Assembly: GCF_000091665.1 (NCBI RefSeq)
Contig: NC_000909.1
Location: forward strand, 1,247,459-1,279,458
Direction: 5' to 3'
Length of the DNA: 32,000 nucleotides
DNA from: Methanocaldococcus jannaschii DSM 2661
Lineage (GTDB): Archaea > AGJL01 > Methanococci > Methanococcales > Methanocaldococcaceae
Each line of letters starts with the position of its first letter. The stretch's first letter is position 1. A model generated the notes under the pieces. That model was not told the origin of the DNA. It ran no database searches and saw nothing but the letters and a program-made list of their open reading frames with translations. The position numbers and the translations under genes are program-made. Positions 1 through 9,857 of the stretch are shown in pieces.

Positions 1-1
1 T

Positions 2-1192
2 AGAAAGGAGATAATTGAAGCAATAAAAAATCAAGCTGATAAAATCTGCCATTCAACACTTTTAGGCTGTGGAAACGTCCCATCAATTTTATTGGCAAAA
101 AAATTGGTGGATATAACTCCAAAGCATTTAACAAAGGTATTTTACTCTGAAGATGGAGCAGAGGCAGTTGAAATAGCAATTAAAATGGCTTATCAATATT
201 ATGTTTTAAGAGGAGATAAGGGAAGAACTAAATTTATTTCAGTTAAAGAAGGCTATCATGGGGACACTGTTGGAGCAATGAGTGTTGGGGGGAGTGAATT
301 ATTCCATGGGGTTTTTAAGCCTTTATTGTTTAAAGGCTATCATGCAAATCCTCCTTACTGCTACAGATGCAAATACCACAACTTTAAAGATACTGATGAG
401 AGAAATGAAAAAGGTTGTGAAATGGAATGTTTAAATGAGATGATTAGTTTAATTGAAAAACATGCTGAGGAAGTATTTTGTGTTATCCTTGAAGGAGGAA
501 TTATGGGTTCTGCTGGAATGATTCCATATCCAGATGGATATATTGAAGGAGTTGCAAAGGCATGTAAGGAGAATGATGTAATCTTTATCCTCGATGAGGT
601 AGCTACTGGATTTGGAAGAACTGGGAAGATGTTTTTCTGTGATAATGAAGAGCTAAAAAAGTTGGAGAAGCCAGATATCCTTTGTCTTGGAAAGGGATTA
701 ACTGGAGGCTATTTGCCATTAGCGGCAACTCTAACAACTGATGAAATCTATAACCAATTCTTAGGAGAGTTTGGAGAGAGTAAGCAACTCTATCATGGTC
801 ATACATACACTGGAAACCAACTTCTATGCTCTGCTGCATTAGCAACATTAGAGATTTTTGAGAAGGAGAATGTGATAGAGAATATCCAACCAAAAATAAA
901 GCTCTTCCATAAAGAATTAAGGAAATTAAAGGAACTTGAGCATGTTGGAGATGTTAGAGGAAGGGGTTTTATGGTCGGAATAGAGCTTGTAAAAGATAAA
1001 GAGACTAAAGAACCCTACCCTTACGGTTATAAAGCTGGCTACAGAGTTGCTGAAAAGCTGTTAGAAAAAGGTATCTACATGAGACCAATTGGTAATGTTA
1101 TTATCTTAGTCCCACCATTGTCAATAACTGAGAAAGAGATTATTTATCTATGCGATGCGTTGTATGAAGCTATAAAGGAAGCTGACCTGTAA
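2..1192 (+). CDS. bioA: Class-III aminotransferase, adenosylmethionine-8-amino-7-oxononanoate aminotransferase (BioA), 5'-truncated by the window edge
   Basis: The frame is open from base 2 (RKEIIEAIKNQADKICHSTLLGCGNVPSILLAKKLVDIT...) into the listed ORF at 92, so 92 is not the true start. PLP class-III motifs: FLDEVATGFGRTG, LGKGLTGGYLPLAAT, HGHTYTGNQLLCSAALA. Confidence 0.88.
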   Translation, partial: RKEIIEAIKNQADKICHSTLLGCGNVPSILLAKKLVDITPKHLTKVFYSEDGAEAVEIAIKMAYQYYVLRGDKGRTKFISVKEGYHGDTVGAMSVGGSELFHGVFKPLLFKGYHANPPYCYRCKYHNFKDTDERNEKGCEMECLNEMISLIEKHAEEVFCVILEGGIMGSAGMIPYPDGYIEGVAKACKENDVIFILDEVATGFGRTGKMFFCDNEELKKLEKPDILCLGKGLTGGYLPLAATLTTDEIYNQFLGEFGESKQLYHGHTYTGNQLLCSAALATLEIFEKENVIENIQPKIKLFHKELRKLKELEHVGDVRGRGFMVGIELVKDKETKEPYPYGYKAGYRVAEKLLEKGIYMRPIGNVIILVPPLSITEKEIIYLCDALYEAIKEADL

Positions 1193-1433
1193 TAATGGAC
1201 ATTAATTAGGGCTGAAAGCCCTAACTTATAACCAATTATCAAAGCTAAATTATCTAATTAAGGAATATTTAGAAGCCCAAAGGGCTTCTATAAGTGCCTT
1301 ATTTAATTATAAAACTTTGATAATTGGTTAAATGGACGAGTTTTAATGAAACTTTTTCTAAAAGTTTCGAGGAGATTATTTATCTATATGATTCCTTATA
1401 TGATGCTATAAAGGAAGCCGACTAGTAAATAAT
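1136..1433. repeat. Direct duplication of the bioA 3' end (copy 1 1136-1193, copy 2 1372-1429) flanking a structured insert
   Basis: Copy 1 gagattatttatctatgcgatgcgttgtatgaagctataaaggaagctgacctgtaa; copy 2 gagattatttatctatatgattccttatatgatgctataaaggaagccgactagtaa. About 84% identical by eye; copy 2 translates as EIIYLYDSLYDAIKEAD*. Confidence 0.85.
1198..1371. other. Palindromic/multi-hairpin element A, 3' of bioA
   Basis: TTAGGGCT-GAA-AGCCCTAA (1206-1224); 16-bp perfect arms TAACCAATTATCAAAG (1229-1244) / CTTTGATAATTGGTTA (1315-1330); inner hairpin TAGAAGCCC-AAA-GGGCTTCTA (1270-1290); GAAACTTTT-TCT-AAAAGTTTC (1348-1368). Confidence 0.75.
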
Positions 1434-1454
1434 GAATAGTTATTTTCTATTATT

Positions 1455-2657
1455 TTATAACACCTTCTTTATAGCATTCCAAACTAAAAAACTCTGAGGC
1501 TTTAAAATCCCTTCTATTGGATTTAAGAATAAGATATTTCTTTTAATTAAAAACTCTCTAATTTTTTTAGGTATTTTTATATCCTCTATTTCATAATCTT
1601 CTTTAAATAATTTTAATGCATCAACAACTTTTTTATAAAGTTCCTCATCTTCTTCTTTAACATCCTCTAAGAAATATTTTAACTTTTGAGTAGCATCCTT
1701 AAGCATAAAATCTAAAATATCGTTTAAATTTTCATATCTCAACTTATCAATAACTTTTATTATTAAAACTGGTTTTCCCCCTACATAATTATAGATTAAC
1801 TCTTTATCTTCATTAGTTAAGCTCATGTTATTCTCTTTAGCCAAAAAATCCATAAATTTTAAGGCAGTTTCCTTATCAAAATCATCCACTAAGATATATT
1901 CACCTCGCATAGAGGCAAAGCCTCTATTGCTATACTCCAGAGCGGGGTTGCCAAAGGCAACCCCACTTTCTATCTGGGGGAGTATACCAATAGAGGGGGC
2001 GTAGCCCCCTCTATGGTCATCCACCAAAATATAATCAACTCTATCCTCCAACATTGCTTCATTATAAACTCTCTCTATGAATAAGCTATCTGAACTTAGG
2101 CAGAAAACGTGGCATAGGTGTTTATGCTTGGTTAGAGATACAAAGTAATTAAATAGCTCATAGATTAAGAATCCATTAATTTTCATGTCTCCAATCTTTT
2201 GAAGTTCATCAATAATAATTATTGGTTGCTTTCCTTCTCTTTTAATGTCCATTAAAACATTGGTTATATATCTAAAAACATTTTTAGTTGTTTTCTTTTT
2301 AAAAATCTCGTTTAGAGTATTTTTTGGTATGGGAATGCCATACAATGAAGGTAAGTCATTGATAATTGCCTTAATTACTTCTATAGGGCTTTTATCTCCT
2401 TCATATTCCTCAAACAAAACTTCAATGAAATCATCGTATTTAGAGATAAAAATCTCCCTCAAATCAAAATAAAACACAATGTATTTATTTTTATCTAATC
2501 TATTGTTAATAATCTCATTTATTAAGGCAGTTTTTCCACTATTTATGGAGCCATAGATGAAATAAATCAAATTTGGTTCTCCTTCTATAATAGATAAGAT
2601 TTTATGAATTTCTTTCTCTCTATTGAAGAATTTCATAAAAATCACCAAAATTCCCAT
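1455..2657 (-). CDS. Archaeal P-loop ATPase (paralogous archaeal ATPase family, MJ1301-like)
   Basis: Walker [16 protein letters not shown], Walker [14 protein letters not shown]. Contains a 45-aa in-frame insertion. Confidence 0.8.
   Translation of the reverse strand: MGILVIFMKFFNREKEIHKILSIIEGEPNLIYFIYGSINSGKTALINEIINNRLDKNKYIVFYFDLREIFISKYDDFIEVLFEEYEGDKSPIEVIKAIINDLPSLYGIPIPKNTLNEIFKKKTTKNVFRYITNVLMDIKREGKQPIIIIDELQKIGDMKINGFLIYELFNYFVSLTKHKHLCHVFCLSSDSLFIERVYNEAMLEDRVDYILVDDHRGGYAPSIGILPQIESGVAFGNPALEYSNRGFASMRGEYILVDDFDKETALKFMDFLAKENNMSLTNEDKELIYNYVGGKPVLIIKVIDKLRYENLNDILDFMLKDATQKLKYFLEDVKEEDEELYKKVVDALKLFKEDYEIEDIKIPKKIREFLIKRNILFLNPIEGILKPQSFLVWNAIKKVL
1882..2041. repeat. 25-bp direct duplication flanking element B
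   Basis: 1882-1906 tcatccactaagatatattcacctc versus 2017-2041 tcatccaccaaaatataatcaactc, 21/25 identical, offset 135 nt (45 codons). The protein shows YILVDD twice. Confidence 0.82.
1907..2016. other. Palindromic/multi-hairpin element B, inserted in frame in the ATPase CDS
   Basis: Three hairpins: ATAGAGGC-AAA-GCCTCTAT (1909-1927), GGGGTTGCC-AAA-GGCAACCCC (1944-1964), ATAGAGGGGGC-GTA-GCCCCCTCTAT (1990-2014). Base stem TATACTCC (1931-1938) / GGAGTATA (1979-1986). Confidence 0.88.
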
Positions 2658-2682
2658 TATAAAATGAGAATATATAGTAAAT

Positions 2683-3189
2683 TTAATCCTTAATAATTCT
2701 CCTCAAATTAATTGATAACAATGAGCTAATCTTATTAATTTGCTCCTCAGAAATCTCAATTTTTTTCTGTAACAATTTTGATATATCAATCTCTATATAT
2801 TCTTCACCAACATCTCTTGGATGTATTGGAGATATTTCATTAAACACAGAAAAAACTGGGCAGAAGTCATGGCAATATAGGCAATATACACATTTTTCTG
2901 GATTAATTTTTGGTATTTTATCTTTAACATAGTTATCTGTTATTTTAACGGGCTCAATTGGAATCATCTCAATTGCCTTAGTTGGGCAGACGTTGGCACA
3001 TCCCTCACAACCAATGCAGAGTTCTTCAATAACGGTTTTTGGAATCTTAACAGTTCCAGTTAGTATAGCGTTTCTCATCTCTAAGCTTGTGTATCTTCCA
3101 GACCCAAAGATAATTCTCTCCAAATTTTCATATATCCCGGTTAAAAATATCTTGGCAAAGTTCTTTAGTTCAGCCAACTCAATCACCAA
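2683..3189 (-). CDS. ehbL: Ehb hydrogenase 4Fe-4S ferredoxin subunit (EhbL-like)
   Basis: Two clusters, [12 protein letters not shown] and [12 protein letters not shown]; located beside the Ehb polyferredoxin and membrane subunits. Confidence 0.7.
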   Translation of the reverse strand: MVIELAELKNFAKIFLTGIYENLERIIFGSGRYTSLEMRNAILTGTVKIPKTVIEELCIGCEGCANVCPTKAIEMIPIEPVKITDNYVKDKIPKINPEKCVYCLYCHDFCPVFSVFNEISPIHPRDVGEEYIEIDISKLLQKKIEISEEQINKISSLLSINLRRIIKD

Positions 3190-3193
3190 AATT

Positions 3194-4699
3194 TTATTCT
3201 TTCACTTTCCATTTTCTATGTAGATATATCGCTTTAGTTGGGCAAATATTGTAGCAAGCTCCACAGAACTCACATCTCTCTTTATCAATAACTCCATAAT
3301 CAATGCAATTATTTGGGCAGACCTTGTTGCAGAGACCACACTTTATACAGAAGTCCATATCAGTTCTAATAAATGAGTTTTCTCTATCAACAACCTTTTT
3401 ATAGCCAGTTGTGTTTGGAATCACATCTCTTGGGCAGTGAATAGCACATGTTTCACAAGCTATGCAATTATCAGTAAATAAAACCTCTCCATTACTTCTG
3501 TCTATTATTATAGCGTCTCTTGGACATACATTTGAGCATGTTCCACAGAGTATGCAGTTTTCATCTTTAATTTTCTCCAATTTAACTGTTGTTATTGATA
3601 TTGCTTCTTCTGGACAGTTATTTATACAAATTTCACATAGAGAGCAGCCTCCAACAACTCTATCATCTACAGGACTTTCGCAGGAGTAAAGTTTATTATT
3701 GCCCATAGATGCCTTTGGCATCAAATTTCCTTTATGGATGTATAATCTGCGAAAGTCCTGTTTAATTCTTCTAACATCGTTAGGGCAGATTTTAACGCAT
3801 TCCATACATTTCCAACAAACATCTGGGCTGTAATATAGATGTCCATTCTCAAACCTTAAAGCTCCACTTGGGCAGTGTTCAGCACACAACCCACAATTTA
3901 TACAATAACTTGTTGGTTGGGATGTTTTATCTTCCTTAACTTTAATAACTTTAAAGTTTTCAACTTTTAAAGCATCGTTAGGGCAGATTTCAACACATTT
4001 TAAACAGAGAATGCATTTATTATAATCTACTTCTCCATCTTTAATGGCATCTTTTGGGCAGTTCTCTCCACACAAATTGCAGGATGTGCATGCATCTATA
4101 GAATCTGGGACTATAGTATCTCTTGGACATAAATAAGAGCATCTTAAGCATCCAACGCATTTATCTCTATCAATTTTAATAGATTTCCTTTCTACTTTTT
4201 CAACAACTTTTCCTGGTTTTTCTTCAGCTCTAAATAATTTAACTTTCATAAGATTCTCTAAAACTTTTAAGTATCTCTCTGCTAAGCCTTCTCTCTTTGT
4301 GTTTAACAATTCATAAGAGCTAACTCTTGCATTGTAAGGGCAAACCTCAACACAGACGCCACACATTGAGCAAATTCCCATTGGGAATTTTTTTCCATCT
4401 TTCTCTACAATCTTTATAATTCCAATTGGGCAGACGTTGGCACATATACCGCAACCGTTACATCTCCTTCTATCTACATAATAGCCTCCAAACTCATTCC
4501 TCTTAATTGCCTTGTTTGGGCAGTTTCTTGCACACTCTCCGCATGTTAAACAGCTAAAACTTTTATTATTTAATAAAAATATTGCATCTGTTGGACAAGC
4601 TTCCATACACTTGGATGTTTGTGAGAAAGGACAGGATTGGCATTTCTCCTCTACCCTACATTCATCTAATATAGTTATAATCATCCTTCCTCCCCTCAA
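3194..4699 (-). CDS. ehbK: Polyferredoxin, Ehb hydrogenase (EhbK-like)
   Basis: 13 canonical CxxCxxCxxxCP motifs counted in the translation, plus one atypical N-terminal cysteine cluster. The start may be the internal [10 protein letters not shown]. Confidence 0.8.
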
Positions 4700-5154
4700 A
4701 TTTGTTTTAAGCCATATTTCTCTTTTAAAAAGTCTTTAATTACTTCCAACACATTTTCAGCATCTTTTAAACATTCTTCAGCATCTTCTTTAGTATATTC
4801 TTCCAATGGATTCCAAAGTTCTCCAAAATACGGTTCTGGATACCTTGGCATAACCCAATGTTCTTCTAAGCTTTCTATTTTTGGTATTAGATTTAGTAAT
4901 TTCTCTTTCCATGAATCCTCAATTTTCATCTCGTAGATGACATTCCTAAACACTCCTGAAACTACATGTCTTCTGAAAATAATTCCATTTAAAATTAAAA
5001 CTGCTTTTACAGCTTTTTCAACACATTGTTGGGAGTGATAGACTGAATCTGGATAGTGATTTGTTTTTAGTAGAACTTTTGCCACTTCTAAATCCTCTTC
5101 CGCCCTTTTTATGAATAGCTTAGCATACTTTATATTAAATCCGCTATCTTCCAT
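4696..5154 (-). CDS. HEPN-domain protein (COG1895-like)
   Basis: [37 protein letters not shown]... and the C-terminal PRYPEP motif typical of the family; paired with an adjacent nucleotidyltransferase. Confidence 0.8.
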
Positions 5155-5573
5155 TCTTTCTCCTCATCGATAAATATTGGCTTTATTCTTTTAATAATCG
5201 GTTTTATTCTCTCAAGGTAATTTTTCCAGAAGTTATCTCTATCATATATTATTTTATATCCAGTTAAAATACCACAAATCAACGGATTTATACTCTTCAG
5301 TGATAAATCCCTTGGCTCTACCAATATTGGAGAAATGTTAATCCCATATCTATAAATAAACTCTAATACTATGTCCCTTAAAACTTTATGTCTGTCAATC
5401 CTTCTTTTTGGTAAATTTTTAGCAATAACTAATAAATCAACATCTGAATACTCCACAGCAGTGCCTCTTGCATAAGAACCAAATAAAATAATTGAAATTA
5501 AATCATCTCCAAATTTTTGTTTGCATTTTTGTAGAAATTCATCTAAAATATTATTCAACATTTTTTCATCCAT
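5130..5573 (-). CDS. Minimal nucleotidyltransferase (MNT/MntA-like)
   Basis: GSYARGTAVEYSDVDLLV (GSx...DxD Pol-beta signature); overlaps the HEPN gene by 25 nt. Confidence 0.85.
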   Translation of the reverse strand: MDEKMLNNILDEFLQKCKQKFGDDLISIILFGSYARGTAVEYSDVDLLVIAKNLPKRRIDRHKVLRDIVLEFIYRYGINISPILVEPRDLSLKSINPLICGILTGYKIIYDRDNFWKNYLERIKPIIKRIKPIFIDEEKEWKIADLI

Positions 5574-5585
5574 TATTTCACCAAA

Positions 5586-5837
5586 TTAAATCATTTTCCC
5601 TCCAAATAACCTGTTTCCAATAATTATTCCAATTACTGCAGATAGATAAGAGCAAGATAAAGGAAGTAAGTCATAGTATGGAAATGCCTTTAAGAAATAA
5701 GCTATAACTACAGTTAAAATTAAGTATCCAAAAATATTTCCTATTTTATGCCTATACTTAGCTCCCATCAACACTCCAAACAAAAATGCAAGAATTGAAG
5801 GATAATATAAATAGTTTGATAATATTGCATCAAGCAT
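5586..5837 (-). CDS. Small membrane protein in the ehb cluster
   Basis: 83 aa with hydrophobic segments, co-directional and tightly spaced with hydrogenase genes. Confidence 0.6.
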   Translation of the reverse strand: MLDAILSNYLYYPSILAFLFGVLMGAKYRHKIGNIFGYLILTVVIAYFLKAFPYYDLLPLSCSYLSAVIGIIIGNRLFGGKMI

Positions 5838-5858
5838 TTAAATCACCATTATTCCAAT

Positions 5859-6647
5859 TTATTCCAATTTCTCCTCAGATTTGCTAATTTTTTCAATAAT
5901 AACCTTTTCACAAGACAGTAAGAATGCAGCAGTAGATAACCCTGCTAAAACCTTTAATCCAACTGCAATGTTTAGATATGGAATGATTCCAGCTGTTATG
6001 ATTTCTTTTGGAGCTGGAAAGATAGTAAAGCCATTAATTTCTGTGAAGTTGAATAAATAATATCCTCCAATAAACATTCCAGCAACACCAAGTAATAGAT
6101 AACCTAAAGCTCCCAATGCCTCCAACTTCTCCAAAAATTTATGGTCAAACCATAATGGGCTGTTAGAACCAAAGGCTATAACTGATAGTATAAATGCAGC
6201 AGCAATTAGAGCTCCTCCTTGAAACCCTCCTCCTGGTGTTATATGCCCTCCTAACACAGTTATAATTCCCAATGCAACCATTAAAACACTCATAGGAAAT
6301 GCCAAAAACTTAATTATTGGTGTATATTCTCCCCAACCTTGAAGTGTTATGTAATCATCTGACTCTGGAGCGTGAAATAACTCTTTTAGATAGGTGTTAT
6401 CATATAATGATTTCCCAAACACAATCCAAGAGACCATAACGGCAACAACTAAGACCAAACACTCTCCCAAGGTATCATAAGCCCTCCAGTCAAATATTAC
6501 AGCACACACATAGTTTGGGATTATATAGTGAGTGAGATAAACTTCATTAACTCCTGGACTAATCTGCATGTGTGCTAAACTATATAATACAGATGCCCCA
6601 AATACAAAGAAGGATATGGCAACAGCTAAATCTCTTTTAGAGTTCAT
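5859..6647 (-). CDS. Ehb hydrogenase membrane subunit with MnhB/MrpB-like domain
   Basis: MrpB-like segment VLGGHITPGGGFQGGALIAAAFIL; multiple transmembrane stretches. Confidence 0.75.
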   Translation of the reverse strand: MNSKRDLAVAISFFVFGASVLYSLAHMQISPGVNEVYLTHYIIPNYVCAVIFDWRAYDTLGECLVLVVAVMVSWIVFGKSLYDNTYLKELFHAPESDDYITLQGWGEYTPIIKFLAFPMSVLMVALGIITVLGGHITPGGGFQGGALIAAAFILSVIAFGSNSPLWFDHKFLEKLEALGALGYLLLGVAGMFIGGYYLFNFTEINGFTIFPAPKEIITAGIIPYLNIAVGLKVLAGLSTAAFLLSCEKVIIEKISKSEEKLE

Positions 6648-6648
6648 T

Positions 6649-6975
6649 TTACCACCTTGTTGTCATATAGATGCAGAATGCAATTGCCCCCAAGAATATG
6701 GAGAGCCAAAACAACTGGTAGTTTATGGCATTTGAGTTCTCTTCCTTAAACTTAAAGATTAAAGGAGACACTGACAGAGAGAAAGCTAATGCAGCTAAAC
6801 CAAACAAAGTCATCAAAGTTTTTCCATAAACTCTCCCAATAATCAAAGCTCCAAATATAAACAATAAATAGAGAGTAAATTCTCCAGTATAAACTGCTCC
6901 AACTGTGATTCCATCCCCATGCTCTTCTTTATCCAACTTTTTTTGAAAGTCATTATAATCCATAAAATCCACCAA
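6649..6975 (-). CDS. Ehb hydrogenase membrane subunit (EhbG-like)
   Basis: Small hydrophobic protein between the MrpB-like and MrpD-like subunit genes. Confidence 0.55.
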   Translation of the reverse strand: MVDFMDYNDFQKKLDKEEHGDGITVGAVYTGEFTLYLLFIFGALIIGRVYGKTLMTLFGLAALAFSLSVSPLIFKFKEENSNAINYQLFWLSIFLGAIAFCIYMTTRW

Positions 6976-6992
6976 AAATTAAGTTATTTTGT

Positions 6993-8438
6993 CTATTTTA
7001 AATAATAATTAACCCCTAACTCCTTTGCATAGTCCCAGAGATAGTTTGTTACAATGTCTGGATAGAGACCAATTATTATGCATAGAGCAGTTAATACAAA
7101 CAAGCTAAAGACAGCAAGTTTAGGAACTTCCTTGTTTTGATACTCTTTCAGAGTTTCTTCATCAACTGGTTTTAAGTAAATTAAATAGAATGCCTTCATC
7201 ATTGAGACAAACGTCCCTATACTAACAATAATCATTATTATAGCTATTTCTGGCATATTCACTTGCATAGCTGCTTGGGCAAGCATCCACTTACTCTGAA
7301 ATCCGTTAAATGGTGGAATTCCACTAATCGCAAGCTTTGCACATAAAACCATAAATGCCACAGAGGGCATTAGAGGCAATAAACCTCCCAACTTATGCAA
7401 ATTACTTCCTCTCTTACAGCTTACAATATACGCCCCCAAAAACAAGGCAGATTTATAAATAACGTGATTTATAGCGTGGAAGATACCAGCAACAATTCCT
7501 AATGGTGTTCCTAAAGCTAAGCCAGTAGCCACATAGCCACCTTGACTTATAGCGTGATATGCCAAAAGCTTTTTATAATCACTTTGCAATAACGCCATTA
7601 CAACCCCAAATACCATTGCCAAAACTCCCAATGCAATTAAAACAGCATGAGCACTTGCAAAATAATCTAATCCATTAAATAATTTTAGAATAATTATCAT
7701 CAAGCCAACTAACACAAATTTTGAGTATGTTTGGAGCATTGCAGAGATAAATCCCTTAGACCTTGCGTATAAATCAGCTTTAACGTTGTGGAATGGCGGC
7801 AATCCAGCCCCATAAGCTAAACCAACAATTAGCAACAACAAGCCACCATAAATCATTGGATTATCAACTAACAGATAGTGTTTCATGTCTGTGATGTTTA
7901 GAGTTCCAGTTGAAGCTAATAAGAACGCTATTCCTAATAGCATTAAGGCTGCCGCAACATTCCCCATTATCATATATCTTAATCCTGCTTTATATGCCTC
8001 TTCAGTTCCAGATAAAAATACTAATCCAGCTTGGACAATTGAAACTATCTCAAAGAACACATACAAGTTGAATATATCATCAGCCAAAACTATAGCTGCA
8101 ATACTTGCAAATCCCATTAATGAGAGGGTAACAAACATATTATTCTTTAATTTCTCTCCCATTCCTGTAATTAAAACAAGAGAGGCAATTAAAGACAGAG
8201 TTACAATAATTGCCTGCTTTGCTGGGTTATATAGATAGGCAATACCAGATACCCATCCATTAACAACTCCATGCCCACCAAAGTAATAATAACCATACTG
8301 GCTGATAAATGGCAAAATAATCAAAATAGCAGCTGTAATAAATGTTATATATTTTACTGCTTTCTCTTTTCCATGCAATAAATTCATTATTATTGCCATG
8401 ATTAATGGAAACACTATCATCATCGGCAGATAATTCAT
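6993..8438 (-). CDS. ehbF: Ehb hydrogenase MrpD/NuoN-like antiporter subunit (EhbF-like)
   Basis: Proton-conducting subunit hallmarks: ADDIFNLYVFFEIVSIVQAGLV, GLPPFHNVKADLYARS, LLAYHAISQGGYVATG, GIFHAINHVIYKSALFL. Confidence 0.82.
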   Translation of the reverse strand: MNYLPMMIVFPLIMAIIMNLLHGKEKAVKYITFITAAILIILPFISQYGYYYFGGHGVVNGWVSGIAYLYNPAKQAIIVTLSLIASLVLITGMGEKLKNNMFVTLSLMGFASIAAIVLADDIFNLYVFFEIVSIVQAGLVFLSGTEEAYKAGLRYMIMGNVAAALMLLGIAFLLASTGTLNITDMKHYLLVDNPMIYGGLLLLIVGLAYGAGLPPFHNVKADLYARSKGFISAMLQTYSKFVLVGLMIIILKLFNGLDYFASAHAVLIALGVLAMVFGVVMALLQSDYKKLLAYHAISQGGYVATGLALGTPLGIVAGIFHAINHVIYKSALFLGAYIVSCKRGSNLHKLGGLLPLMPSVAFMVLCAKLAISGIPPFNGFQSKWMLAQAAMQVNMPEIAIIMIIVSIGTFVSMMKAFYLIYLKPVDEETLKEYQNKEVPKLAVFSLFVLTALCIIIGLYPDIVTNYLWDYAKELGVNYYLK

Positions 8439-8475
8439 ATTCTCCCTCCAATCTTTTAGAGAAAGTTAAATAGAA

Positions 8476-8862
8476 TTAATCCTCTTTTAGTATTACAGAG
8501 CTTCTGAGTGTTTTATATTTTTTATACAAAATTATAGAGACTCCAAGCATCACAGCAAGCATTGATGCCTCTATAACTATATTTGTCAAAACTAATGCAT
8601 GAGTTAATGGATAAGCAGATTCTTTAGCAAAAACTTCTACAGAAACACCCGGAAGTTTTATTGGGATTGTTCCACCATTGTAACCAATTGCAATTAAAGC
8701 TAAATTAACTCCACTACCTAAAATCTCTAAAGCTATGATTTTTTTCAGAACATTATCAACAAAAAACACACCATATAATCCAATAATAACTAAAAGCCCA
8801 GAAGTTATGAATGATGCCATCTGAAAATCCATTCTATTCACCAAATAATTTATCATTATCAT
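8476..8862 (-). CDS. ehbE: Ehb hydrogenase MrpC/NuoK-like subunit (EhbE-like)
   Basis: NuoK/MrpC-like: GLYGVFFVDNVLKKIIALEILGSGVNLALIAIG and DPLAHALVLTNIVIEAS-like ...YPLTHALVLTNIVIEASMLAV. Confidence 0.72.
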   Translation of the reverse strand: MIMINYLVNRMDFQMASFITSGLLVIIGLYGVFFVDNVLKKIIALEILGSGVNLALIAIGYNGGTIPIKLPGVSVEVFAKESAYPLTHALVLTNIVIEASMLAVMLGVSIILYKKYKTLRSSVILKED

Positions 8863-8993
8863 TAATGACAGATTAGGTTTAACAGTATATAAACATTACG
8901 TTAGCAACCAAAAAGCTAAAAGCTATTAAAAACATAAATATTAATTTGAAGCGTAAAACTAAATTAGACAAAAAATCAAAATGGGTGTTAGAT

Positions 8994-9827
8994 ATGAAAT
9001 TTGGTGTTTCATCATTAGTTTTTTTACCAGAGAGCTTAACTTCATCAATGGAGAAGATAGCTGAACACAACTTTGATGCATGGGAGATTGTCTGTGAGGG
9101 AACTCATTACCTATCTCCAAAGAATATAAAGTATCTCATGGAATTGAGAGATAGATACGAAGTTGAAATTGTAGTGCATGCACCTTTTTCAGATTTAAAC
9201 CCTGCATCAATGAATGAGAGAGTTAGGAAATTAACAGTTGAGTGTATTAGAGACGCTATAGAAGGTGCTTTTGAGCTTGATTCTGAGGTTGTTGTAGTTC
9301 ATCCTGGCTATATTCCAGAGCTCTGGAGTAACTATGTAAGTGAGATACTGGATAACAATTTCTCAACACTTTCTGAGATTGTAGAGATAGCTGAAGATTA
9401 TGGAATAAAGATTGGTTTGGAGAACATGCCAAACTTTAGAGGAGTTTTAGGGATAACTCCAGAATCATTATTGGAGATTGTTAAAGACATTGACTCAAAG
9501 AATTTAGGGATAACTTTTGATATAGGACACGCAAACACTGCTGGAAATCCAGCTGAATTTGTTGAAAAACTACAAAATATTGGAATTGGAATTATACATG
9601 TTCATGCCCACGACAATAACGGCTATGATGATGAGCATTTGAAAATAGGAGAAGGAAATATTAACTTTATTGAAGTCCTTGAAAAGCTAAAAGAAATTGG
9701 CTATGATGGAGTTATTAGCATAGAAAATAAAAATATTAGGGATGCTGTGAAGAGTAAGGAAATATTAAAAGAATATTTGGAAATCGTTAATGAGAAAGTG
9801 GCTGAGAAGGAGAAAATAGAGGAATAA
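8994..9827 (+). CDS. Sugar phosphate isomerase/epimerase-like TIM-barrel protein (AP endonuclease family 2 fold)
   Basis: VVHPGYIPE, IGLENMPNF, GITFDIGHANTAG, HVHAHDNNGYDDEHLKIGEGNINF. The listed ORF begins at 8946, but MKFGVSSLVF at 8994 is the likelier start. Confidence 0.82.
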   Translation: MKFGVSSLVFLPESLTSSMEKIAEHNFDAWEIVCEGTHYLSPKNIKYLMELRDRYEVEIVVHAPFSDLNPASMNERVRKLTVECIRDAIEGAFELDSEVVVVHPGYIPELWSNYVSEILDNNFSTLSEIVEIAEDYGIKIGLENMPNFRGVLGITPESLLEIVKDIDSKNLGITFDIGHANTAGNPAEFVEKLQNIGIGIIHVHAHDNNGYDDEHLKIGEGNINFIEVLEKLKEIGYDGVISIENKNIRDAVKSKEILKEYLEIVNEKVAEKEKIEE

Positions 9828-9857
9828 TTTTATATTTTATTTATTTTTGGTGGTTCT

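Noticed and set aside
603-893. Minus-strand ORF overlapping bioA
   Set aside because: Antisense shadow of a well-supported class-III aminotransferase. The same reasoning rejects 2245..2472, 2993..3223, 3462..3689, 4512..4739, 7885..8238, 8260..8451, 11985..12185, 13130..13342, 16867..17262, 21225..21416, 22514..22759, 22853..23221, 24758..24994, 26065..26355, 27546..27815, 29387..29614, 30302..30535 and 30785..31051.
8879-9070. Minus-strand ORF across the divergent promoter region
   Set aside because: Low-complexity hydrophobic translation overlapping the start of the TIM-barrel gene; more likely promoter DNA.
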